Shown piece after piece: positions 49,455 through 57,666 of a DNA stretch of 64,000 bases; the stretch's first letter is position 1, and every line of letters starts with the position of its first letter. The notes beneath the pieces were generated by a model. The model saw only the letters and a list, made by a program, of their open reading frames with translations, did not search any database and was not told the DNA's origin. The position numbers and the translations under genes were made by a program. This stretch comes from Erysipelotrichales bacterium (GTDB lineage Bacteria; Bacillota_I; Bacilli_A; RFN20; CAG-826), in NCBI GenBank assembly GCA_022508535.1, contig JAFLUZ010000009.1:3480-67479 (forward strand), given 5' to 3'.

Positions 49455-52400
49455 TTATTGATTTGCAATGTTTTTTCTTAAATCAGACACTATTTGAATG
49501 ATGGTTTGCAGTTGCTCAAACCATTTGTCGCTTTTTGTAAGACGTATTCTAATTTGTTTTTCTCGGTATGTGACCTTGATATATCTTAAGAAATCACTGA
49601 GCATTTTAAATAAATATACTCCTATTCCATCAATGTTTGAAAACTCTTTAGAAAGTAGCAAGTCTACAAAATCATGTTGTTCTATAAGTGTATCAAAAGC
49701 CGAATCATTATCGATTACAAATAACATCTGTCGTTTATCAAATAACAATTTGACACTATTAGGTAACCTACCATAGATGTCTCGCACTTTTTCTTTTAAG
49801 ACATTTAATTCATCAAGAGATTTTACATTATCTATTTCTTGATATAAATCTATTTTGTCAATCTTATCGACATATTCATTTGGTAAATATGCATCTACAG
49901 CAACATTTCCTTTGGATTCCTTTTTTGAACTAATTATACCTGTCGTTTTTTCACTTATGGTTTCTTGAAGCAAAGTCATATACATGTCAATTCCTACTGT
50001 ATCAATGAATCCGGCTTGTTCTGGGCCAAGAATGTCTCCTGCTCCACGAATTAATAAATCACGTTGAGCGATCTTATATCCACTTCCTAATTCAGTAAAA
50101 TCCGTTATAGCTTTCAATCTCTTTTGAGCTTTTTCATTTAAAACTTTATTTTGCTTATATAACAAATACGCATAAGCAATTTTATCCCCACGACCTACAC
50201 GTCCTTTAATTTGATAAAGTTGAGCTAATCCAAATTTATCTGCATCCTCAATAATAATCATATTAACATTAGGAATATCGATACCTGTTTCAATAATTGA
50301 TGTACAGACTAAAACATCTATATCACCATTATAAAAGTTAAGCATTATATCTTCTATGCTATCGCGATCCATTTGACCATGTGCAACACCGACTCTACAT
50401 CCTTTTATTGCTTTTTCTATTTTCAATGCTTTTGAGTAAATTGTTGAAACATTATTATGCAAATAGAATACTTGCCCTTTTCGCGATAATTCTCTGGATA
50501 TTAATTCATAAACAACATCATCTTTTTGAGGAATCACATAGGTTTGAATTGGAATTCTACTCTCTGGTGGAGTGTTTATTTGTGATAAAGATCTAATGCC
50601 CAAAAGTGACATTTGCAATGTTCTAGGTATTGGTGTTGCAGTAAGTGTCAAAACATCAATATTCGTTTTTAATTCTTTTATTCTTTCTTTTTGTTCTACT
50701 CCAAATCTTTGTTCTTCATCAACAATAAGCAATCCCAGATTCTTGAATTTCAATTCTTTAGATAAGATACGATGCGTTCCTATTATCAAATGAACTGATC
50801 CATCTTCGACAACTTTTTGGAAATATTTTTGCTTAGATTCATCCACAAGACGAGAAAACACTGCAATTTTAACATCAAAAGCCCCAAATCTTTCTTTTGC
50901 CCGTTCATAATGTTGTCTGGCCAATAGAGTTGTCGGACATAGTATCGCAACCTGTTTTCCACTTAAAATAGCTTTAAATGCCGCACGAAAAGCAATTTCG
51001 GTTTTTCCAAATCCAACGTCACCACAAAGTAGTCTATCCATTGGTTTACTACTTTCCATATCTTTTTTTATTTCTCTAAGACATCTTTCTTGATCTGGAG
51101 TTAAAGCATGCGGAAATTGTTGCTCAAATTCATATTGGATTTCATCATCTTTTTCAAATGCAAACCCTTTAACTTGTTCACGGTCTGAATAGAGTTTGAA
51201 TAATCTATCAGCCATATCATTTATTCTTTCTTTAATTTTTTTCTTAGTTTTTTCCCAATCGTTAGATCCTAATTTGTTTAATTTAGGCGCAACCCCTTCA
51301 CGACCAGAAAACTTTTTAATTAATCTGAATTGCTCAAGTGGAACATATAAAACATCTGTACCTGCATATTGAATGTGGATAAAGTCACGATGGATTTTAT
51401 CAATTTCCATTGTGACAATATCAATAAATCTACCTACACCGTGCTGTTCATGAACAACATAATCACCTGGTTCTAAATCTTGTTCTGATTTAAGTGCAAT
51501 TGCTTCTTTAAAACGATTTGTAAATTTAGAATTCTTGATTTTAAAACTAAATAATTCTTTTGATGTTAAAAACACTAATTGCCCTTTAATTAATTCAAAG
51601 CCCTCATCTAAAAGACCAATCATAACTCCTACTTGTTTCTTTGGAATCTTGAAATTATTCAATTTATCATATTCAATATTGTTTGTTTCCAAGCTTGAGC
51701 AGATAAGTTCAAATTGTTGTTTGTTATCTAGGCTCACTATCACTTTATTACCAGTATAAATATATTTGTTAATCATATCAAATGCTTGATTCAAATTGAT
51801 TGCTGCACCAGCAATTGAAGAAATTTGAAGTAATTCTGAATCTTTTTTATTCCCAAACTCATGAACATTAACTTTGTTTTTACACTTTTTAATAATTTCC
51901 TCAAAATTTTGATATATCGAAATGGCTAGCAAAGATTTTCCACTCTTATATTCACTCATTAAATAATTTGTTGCTTCATCGAACAACAATCTACTAGAAG
52001 CGATAACTTGTTCCTCGTTTGCCAAAACAATTTCTGAATCTTTTGTGTAATCAATTAAAGAGTAATGGTGACTTTGTAAAAAACTATAATATTTTTGTGT
52101 CTTTTGAATATTCTTATTTATTTTTATATCCTCAACAGCTTCTTTTATCGCACCATTGAAACAATCTATTAAATTTGTAGAAAGTTGTTTCTTTTCCAAA
52201 TCAGCCTGAAATAGCATCTTTTTTCCAATGTCATCCAATTCATTTTGTGTAAATAACAATTCTGTCGCTGGCAAAACACTGATATTATTTATTGCTTGAA
52301 ATGACGACTGATTATCCAAAGAAAAATATCTTATTGACTCAATTTCATCATCAAACAACTCTATACGAATTGGATAATCACAATTTACAGAAAATATGTC

Positions 52401-52928
52401 TAAAATATCTCCGCGACTAGCAAATTGTAGACTGTGGTCTATTTTATGAACATTTGTGTATCCCATATTTACCAATTTTTGCTTAATGTCTAGTAAATCT
52501 ATTTTTTCGCCAACACCGAATTTCAAAGTATATAAATCAAATGTTTCTGGTGATGGTAGGTATTTCATTATCGCACTAGCGTGTGTTACCAAAACATAGT
52601 TTTCTCTATTTCTTAATTCATTTAATATATATATTCTTTGTGCAATCATTTCTTTTGATACTGCTAATGACTCACTTCTGAGCATTTCATCAACAGGATA
52701 AAATAAACAATTTTCTTCACCGATAATATTCGAAATGAAGTCATATGTTCTTTGTGCATTATATAAATTTGAAGTAATAATGGCTATTTTGCATGGCTTA
52801 TTTTCATATTTTGCACATACTAAAAGACTAGTACCAACTACATCATCTGTAACAAACTCTTTGCAGGTACCATCTATATATTTTTGTATAGCCTGATAAT
52901 CTTTTAGTATAGAAATTAAGTCTGACAT
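49455..52928 (-). CDS. mfd: Transcription-repair coupling factor
   Basis: 1157 aa with an RNAP-interacting domain and superfamily-2 helicase motifs (GDVGFGKTE, DEEQRFGV). Confidence 0.9.
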   Translation of the reverse strand: MSDLISILKDYQAIQKYIDGTCKEFVTDDVVGTSLLVCAKYENKPCKIAIITSNLYNAQRTYDFISNIIGEENCLFYPVDEMLRSESLAVSKEMIAQRIYILNELRNRENYVLVTHASAIMKYLPSPETFDLYTLKFGVGEKIDLLDIKQKLVNMGYTNVHKIDHSLQFASRGDILDIFSVNCDYPIRIELFDDEIESIRYFSLDNQSSFQAINNISVLPATELLFTQNELDDIGKKMLFQADLEKKQLSTNLIDCFNGAIKEAVEDIKINKNIQKTQKYYSFLQSHHYSLIDYTKDSEIVLANEEQVIASSRLLFDEATNYLMSEYKSGKSLLAISIYQNFEEIIKKCKNKVNVHEFGNKKDSELLQISSIAGAAINLNQAFDMINKYIYTGNKVIVSLDNKQQFELICSSLETNNIEYDKLNNFKIPKKQVGVMIGLLDEGFELIKGQLVFLTSKELFSFKIKNSKFTNRFKEAIALKSEQDLEPGDYVVHEQHGVGRFIDIVTMEIDKIHRDFIHIQYAGTDVLYVPLEQFRLIKKFSGREGVAPKLNKLGSNDWEKTKKKIKERINDMADRLFKLYSDREQVKGFAFEKDDEIQYEFEQQFPHALTPDQERCLREIKKDMESSKPMDRLLCGDVGFGKTEIAFRAAFKAILSGKQVAILCPTTLLARQHYERAKERFGAFDVKIAVFSRLVDESKQKYFQKVVEDGSVHLIIGTHRILSKELKFKNLGLLIVDEEQRFGVEQKERIKELKTNIDVLTLTATPIPRTLQMSLLGIRSLSQINTPPESRIPIQTYVIPQKDDVVYELISRELSRKGQVFYLHNNVSTIYSKALKIEKAIKGCRVGVAHGQMDRDSIEDIMLNFYNGDIDVLVCTSIIETGIDIPNVNMIIIEDADKFGLAQLYQIKGRVGRGDKIAYAYLLYKQNKVLNEKAQKRLKAITDFTELGSGYKIAQRDLLIRGAGDILGPEQAGFIDTVGIDMYMTLLQETISEKTTGIISSKKESKGNVAVDAYLPNEYVDKIDKIDLYQEIDNVKSLDELNVLKEKVRDIYGRLPNSVKLLFDKRQMLFVIDNDSAFDTLIEQHDFVDLLLSKEFSNIDGIGVYLFKMLSDFLRYIKVTYREKQIRIRLTKSDKWFEQLQTIIQIVSDLRKNIANQ

Positions 52929-52939
52929 TTTATTAACCT

Positions 52940-53491
52940 TTAATTATATTTTGACATTGCAGAGTGAAAATCTTTTTTTAATATCTCTTTTAAAGCATTT
53001 ACCGCTTTATCTTGTGCTTCATCAATTAAAACTTGTTCATCTTTGCTAGGTTTACCCAAAACATAATCTATTATTCCATATGTTGGCTCACCTATTCCAA
53101 TTCTAATTCTTTTAATTTGGTCGGTTTTTAATAAATCAATGATGTTTTGCATACCTTTTTGTCCGCCACTAGATCCGCTTAATCTTAAACGGATTTTACC
53201 AGGACTAAGTGCTAGATCATCATAAATAACAATTACATCTTCTATGTCTATTTTAAAATAATTAATAAACGCTAATACACTTTGACCTGACAAGTTCATA
53301 AATGTTTGTGGTTTCAGTAAATAAATATCTTCATCATAAAATTTGGTTCTACAAAACAAACCTTTAAAATCAGATTTATCAATGTCGACACCTAAAGAGT
53401 CAGCAAATTTATCGATTACTTTAAATCCCATATTGTGTCTTGTATTTTCATATTCTCTTCCAGGATTACCGAGTCCTACTATTAATTTCAT
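52940..53491 (-). CDS. pth: Peptidyl-tRNA hydrolase
   Basis: MKLIVGLGNPGREYENTRHNMGF. Confidence 0.9.
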   Translation of the reverse strand: MKLIVGLGNPGREYENTRHNMGFKVIDKFADSLGVDIDKSDFKGLFCRTKFYDEDIYLLKPQTFMNLSGQSVLAFINYFKIDIEDVIVIYDDLALSPGKIRLRLSGSSGGQKGMQNIIDLLKTDQIKRIRIGIGEPTYGIIDYVLGKPSKDEQVLIDEAQDKAVNALKEILKKDFHSAMSKYN

Positions 53492-53632
53492 GTAATTTAC
53501 ATCCTCCTTAGTCCTAATGATTATAGCATAAAGGAGTATTACAAATAAACGGTTTAGAACTCTATAAATTTAAATTATACGCATTATAACAAAAAAACAG
53601 CATATAGCGATTAACTATATACTGTTCTATTT

Positions 53633-53965
53633 TTATTTTTTTGGTGTAAAAGTTACACATTTTGCACCAACACTTTTATTGTCTACATGTATTTCATGTG
53701 CATTACATTCACCAAAATTCCAGTAATCACACGCTTCTTCATTACAAAGAATATGGTGCATATCATGTTCTGTGCCTAATCCAGTATCACACGCAAATTC
53801 ATACTCAAATTTAGCTTGATTGCTATTTTTATTTGTTTTATGGTCGAAAGATTTACAATAAGCTTCATTAGAAATTTGAATTACATCCTTTACACAATGT
53901 CTGCAATAATTATTGCGGCATATCTCTTCGTCACATTTTAATCTTTGCATATATAATCTCCTCAT
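53633..53965 (-). CDS. Cys/His-rich small protein with two DUF1540-like repeats
   Basis: Two repeats of the C..C..C...C..F.PK pattern (CDEEICRNNYCRHC... and CNEEACDYWNFGECNAHEIHV...CVTFTPKK). Confidence 0.45.
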   Translation of the reverse strand: MRRLYMQRLKCDEEICRNNYCRHCVKDVIQISNEAYCKSFDHKTNKNSNQAKFEYEFACDTGLGTEHDMHHILCNEEACDYWNFGECNAHEIHVDNKSVGAKCVTFTPKK

Positions 53966-54031
53966 ATGTAGTTTGGTTAAAATTGTGGAATTATATGCAA
54001 TGAAAGTATATAATTTATAAGAGGTCTAGAT

Positions 54032-54946
54032 ATGAAAACACAAATTAAAAGTTTTAAAGATTTTCTAATTATTGCATTAAAAGGATTAGTAGTAGGTATA
54101 GCTATGTTAATCCCTGGTATTAGTGGTGGTACATTAGCTTTATCTATGGGAGTATACGAAGACATAATTGAAAGTGTCGCAGGAATTAGAAAACATTTTA
54201 AAGATTCAATTATATTTTTAATTCCATTTGCTATTGGGGCATTGTTAGGTTATATAGCTTTAGTAAAATTAGTTGCATTAGGCCTAAAATATATTCCAAT
54301 TCCAACAATAACATTATTTGTGGGATTCATCATTGGAAGCTTACCTTCAATATATAAAAATGTTAAAGGCGAAAAAATTACACCTACAAATATCGCTTGT
54401 TTTATTGTTGCTCTGATTTTAGCAGCAGGATTAGGATTATTATCTCACCATTTAGGCTTGGCAGTTGATTCTAGTAATTTAACTGTTGGATCATATATAT
54501 TGATTATTGTTGGTGGCGCTTTTGCCGCTTTCGCACTTGTTGTTCCTGGAATTTCTGGCTCTGCAGTCTTATTAGCACTAGGCCTATATGAATTAATTGT
54601 TATAAACTCCATCCCAGGTATATTAAAATTTGAATTTGCTAGTAATTTACTTGTTGTTGCAATATTTGCTATCGGAGCACTAATCGGGCTAATCGGTATT
54701 GTATTTTTAATGAAATATTTATTAAAAAATCATAAGGTTCCAACATTCTTTGCTATTTTAGGTTTTATTGTTGGTTCAATTTTCTCTGTATACTACAATC
54801 ACGATGTATTCAGTAATAACTATTATGGTGTCTTATTAGATAATCCTTGGCAATTCGCTTTAGTAGCAGTCATGCTTATAATTGGAATTGCACTTGCTTT
54901 AATCATGGATAAAGTAGGATCAAAACACGAAATTGAAAAGAAATAA
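54032..54946 (+). CDS. DUF368-family membrane protein (candidate undecaprenyl-phosphate translocase, PopT-like)
   Basis: The MLIPGISGGTLALSMG motif is duplicated later as VVPGISGSAVLLALG, which is typical of DUF368 inverted repeats. Confidence 0.65.
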   Translation: MKTQIKSFKDFLIIALKGLVVGIAMLIPGISGGTLALSMGVYEDIIESVAGIRKHFKDSIIFLIPFAIGALLGYIALVKLVALGLKYIPIPTITLFVGFIIGSLPSIYKNVKGEKITPTNIACFIVALILAAGLGLLSHHLGLAVDSSNLTVGSYILIIVGGAFAAFALVVPGISGSAVLLALGLYELIVINSIPGILKFEFASNLLVVAIFAIGALIGLIGIVFLMKYLLKNHKVPTFFAILGFIVGSIFSVYYNHDVFSNNYYGVLLDNPWQFALVAVMLIIGIALALIMDKVGSKHEIEKK

Positions 54947-54952
54947 CTTAGT

Positions 54953-55651
54953 ATGAGACTAGATAGATATTTAGCAAACGCCGGTGTTGGCACAAGAAAA
55001 GAAGTAAAACAACTTATTAAATCAGGAAGAATTAAAGTTAACGATACTTTGGTGCGTGAATCAGATTTTTATGTTGATTTTAGTTCTAATATATCTTTAG
55101 ATGACAAAAAAATTGATTATAAAGAATTTTATTATCTTTTATTAAATAAACCTAAGGGTTATATTTCTGCAACTGCAGATGATTATCACGAAGTAGTGGT
55201 AGACTTGCTCCCAGAATATAAAAAATATGGCATTGCACCTGTCGGAAGACTTGATTTAGATACAACTGGAGTTATGTTATTAACAAATCACGGAGCTCTT
55301 GCTCATGCACTCTTATCACCAAAAAAGCATGTAGATAAAACATATATTGCTGAAGTAAATCATAAACTAGATGTTTCACTTGTTAATAAATTTAATGAAG
55401 GCATTACCTTAGAAGATGGATATACTTGTTTACCTGCCAAATTAGAAATATTAGATGATACCCACGCCAAATTAACAATACATGAAGGAAAGTTCCACCA
55501 AGTTAAAAGAATGTTTAAAATATTTGGTTATGAGGTAATAAATTTAGATCGACAAAGTTTTGATATCTTGACACATGATTCACTTGCGATTGGCGAATAT
55601 CGCGAATTAACAACCGAAGAAGTAGAGCACTTACTTTCATATATAAAATAA
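54953..55651 (+). CDS. rsuA: RsuA-family rRNA pseudouridine synthase (S4 plus catalytic domain)
   Basis: MRLDRYLANAGVGTRKEVKQLIKSGRIKVN and catalytic GRLDLDTTGVMLLTN. Confidence 0.8.
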   Translation: MRLDRYLANAGVGTRKEVKQLIKSGRIKVNDTLVRESDFYVDFSSNISLDDKKIDYKEFYYLLLNKPKGYISATADDYHEVVVDLLPEYKKYGIAPVGRLDLDTTGVMLLTNHGALAHALLSPKKHVDKTYIAEVNHKLDVSLVNKFNEGITLEDGYTCLPAKLEILDDTHAKLTIHEGKFHQVKRMFKIFGYEVINLDRQSFDILTHDSLAIGEYRELTTEEVEHLLSYIK

Positions 55652-55656
55652 ATACA

Positions 55657-55688
55657 AGGATAGGTATTGATGCCTATCCTTTTTATAT
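55657..55688 (+). terminator. Rho-independent terminator after rsuA
   Basis: AGGATAGG / CCTATCCT stem followed by TTTTT. Confidence 0.6.
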
Positions 55689-55699
55689 CACTTATTTCA

Positions 55700-55728
55700 T
55701 TGAAAACTATAAACGCATATGATATATT
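55700..55728 (+). promoter_or_regulatory. Near-consensus sigma-A promoter driving the GC-rich RNA element: TTGAAA-17-TATATT with an extended -10 TG
   Basis: The -35 TTGAAA is at 55700-55705, the spacer is 17 bp ending in TGA, and the -10 TATATT is at 55723-55728. Confidence 0.5.
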
Positions 55729-55735
55729 CGATATA

Positions 55736-56015
55736 TGAATATGAGTCGGTACGTAGTGCTACAAGTTTGGCACATCGATTCGGTTACTAGTTGGCTATCT
55801 TGTGTAGCCAAGCACTAGAAGCAAGTGCTACTAGTAACTAAATATTCATTGTCGTGCTTCACATCAACGGCATTATAGGTTGACGTCCCATTACGAGGAG
55901 TGTAAAACTAGCAAAGGCACATTTAAATTACTAGACCTTATAAGGACGGATGAGATTGTGGTGTAAAAACCGGCGATCGTTGCTATTGAATGATAGAAAT
56001 ATCATTCTTTTTTTT
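55736..56015 (+). ncRNA. Candidate stand-alone structured small RNA (about 280 nt) of unassigned family
   Basis: GC is about 45%, against about 28% for the surrounding genome, and no ORF of 60 aa or more is present. It has its own promoter and an intrinsic terminator (GAATGATA-gaaa-TATCATTC plus T8 at 55988-56015). Nested helices include GTTACTAGT...ACTAGTAAC enclosing the hairpins TTGGCTA/TAGCCAA and GCACT/AGTGC. Confidence 0.4.
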
Positions 56016-56101
56016 CGCTTTTAGAAGACACAATAAATTGTTCACTGATGTGCATACTTTTTTTAATTAAATCACAAAATATATTAGCATTTATTGCACA
56101 C

Positions 56102-56150
56102 TTGACAAAATTCCATATGTCACTTGACAATTTTCCAATTGACAATTGGT
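56102..56150 (+). promoter_or_regulatory. Three direct repeats TTGACAA(N2-3)TTCCA upstream of the XRE regulator gene, either operator sites or stacked -35 elements
   Basis: TTGACAA occurs at 56102, 56124 and 56139. The first two are followed by TTCCA after 2-3 nt (ttgacaaaattcca, ttgacaattttcca); the third reads ttgacaattggta. Confidence 0.4.
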
Positions 56151-56189
56151 ACTTTGCAATCAACAATAAAGATATAATAATGACATGAG

Positions 56190-56684
56190 GTGATTAACAT
56201 GGAACTAGGAAAAAACATTGCGACAGCACGTAAACAAAAAAACATGTCGCAGGAAGAACTAGCAAATCATTTAGACGTTTCAAGACAGTCTATTAGTCTA
56301 TGGGAAACAGATCAAACTACTCCTACTCTTGATAAATTAGAAGCGATGTGTTCCCTATTAGATGTTTCTATGGATATGTTGATGGGCCGTGTAGCAATGA
56401 CACAACCCGTCGCACAAATAACAATAGAAGAAAGAAGAGAAAAGCAACAGCGTGAAATACTTATGAAATTTGATAAAGCAAGTTTCATATTGGCTTGTAT
56501 ATCTACTGTTTTGTGGATTGTTGTTCCATTCGGATTATTATTGTCTGCGTTAAGCATAATATTTTCCGCAGTAGTCATTCGTAGAAAAGAGAAAAAATTT
56601 GCTCCCTACTCTTTAGCAATCAGCATCATATTCTTCATAGCAAGTATTGTTCGAATCGCTGAAATGGGCGTCATTCATTTATAA
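56190..56684 (+). CDS. XRE-family HTH regulator with two C-terminal TM helices (membrane-tethered)
   Basis: N-terminal HTH_3 (LGKNIATARKQKNMSQEELANHLDVSRQSISLWE), with hydrophobic segments at residues 100-160. Confidence 0.65.
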   Translation: MINMELGKNIATARKQKNMSQEELANHLDVSRQSISLWETDQTTPTLDKLEAMCSLLDVSMDMLMGRVAMTQPVAQITIEERREKQQREILMKFDKASFILACISTVLWIVVPFGLLLSALSIIFSAVVIRRKEKKFAPYSLAISIIFFIASIVRIAEMGVIHL

Positions 56685-56701
56685 CATAGGAGGATTTACA
56701 T

Positions 56702-57493
56702 ATGAAAAAGATAACATCATTTTTACTTATAGCATTATTTGGATTTAGCCTTGCTTCTTGCGGTGGTAATGGCGGTTATTACGGAGGAGACGATGGACAA
56801 ACCAACAACGGTGGACCAGGTGTAGATGGTGATGGAAACCAAGTTGTTGTCGATACCGGTCATAAGATTATTTATACTGTCAATTATACAATTCATAGTG
56901 ATGAAATGCAGAATGTGATTAAAGACATTAATGCTAAAGTCTATTATTTTGAAGGATATATTTCTTCCTCTACTCAAGAAACAGATTCTTACGCGGACTT
57001 TGTTTATAAAATTCCAACAGGCCACTTGAATGAGTTCCTTGATTTTGTTGATTCAAATGAGGGTATCGGTAGCAAACGCATCACTACTGAGGATGTCACA
57101 TCCACCTATAATGCCATTCAAGCTCAAATTGATACTTTGGAAGCTTCTAAAGCTGCATATGAGCGCATGTTGGCTGAAGATAATCTATCACTTGATAGTA
57201 TCATGAAAATACGTAGTTATATTGATGAGATAAATACACAATTAAAAATACTCTACAATAAGAGAGATGGTTATGATGCAGTATTAGATTACTCCACTGT
57301 AAAAATTCATTATTATCAAAATAATGTTGAAGTCAAAAACAACTCCTTCCTTAGTGATTATCCAGAGTTTCTTGCTAGATTAGGTCTAGGCATTGTTTCA
57401 TTCTTCGCTTATTCCGCCCCATTCTTAATAGCCGCAGGAATTGTATGTCTCATTATTTATCTCGTGCGTCGAAAAAAATTAAAACAAGAGTAA
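56702..57493 (+). CDS. Lipoprotein with a coiled-coil region and a C-terminal TM anchor (DUF4349-like architecture)
   Basis: Lipobox LASCGG, a Gly-rich linker, a coiled-coil (IQAQIDTLEASKAAYERM), a C-terminal TM helix and an RRKK ending. It starts 18 bp after the XRE gene. Confidence 0.5.
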   Translation: MKKITSFLLIALFGFSLASCGGNGGYYGGDDGQTNNGGPGVDGDGNQVVVDTGHKIIYTVNYTIHSDEMQNVIKDINAKVYYFEGYISSSTQETDSYADFVYKIPTGHLNEFLDFVDSNEGIGSKRITTEDVTSTYNAIQAQIDTLEASKAAYERMLAEDNLSLDSIMKIRSYIDEINTQLKILYNKRDGYDAVLDYSTVKIHYYQNNVEVKNNSFLSDYPEFLARLGLGIVSFFAYSAPFLIAAGIVCLIIYLVRRKKLKQE

Positions 57494-57513
57494 AAATAAT
57501 TCAAGTGCGAACT

Positions 57514-57564
57514 ATACCCCAAAACCCTAGACAAATAGGGCAAGGGGTATTTTTATTTTTTTTA
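57514..57564 (+). terminator. Rho-independent terminator (compound hairpin) after the 56702-57493 gene
   Basis: ATACCCC...[CCCTA-gacaaa-TAGGG]...GGGGTAT followed by T-rich TTTTTATTTTTTTT. Confidence 0.55.
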
Positions 57565-57666
57565 ATATTTTAAATGAAATTATATTTCATTTGTGTTAAG
57601 ATATTTCCGTAGCATTAAACCGTGCTAATATGAATTAGCAAGGTAATTTATTTAGGAGGAAAAACA

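Noticed and set aside
55736-56015. T-box leader or known riboswitch for the GC-rich element
   Set aside because: I found no T-box consensus (AATTAGGGTGGTACCGCG), no recognisable SAM, TPP, FMN, glmS, ydaO or SRP domain IV (GGAAGCAGC) motifs. The downstream gene is an XRE regulator, not an aaRS or biosynthetic gene. I kept it as an unassigned ncRNA instead.
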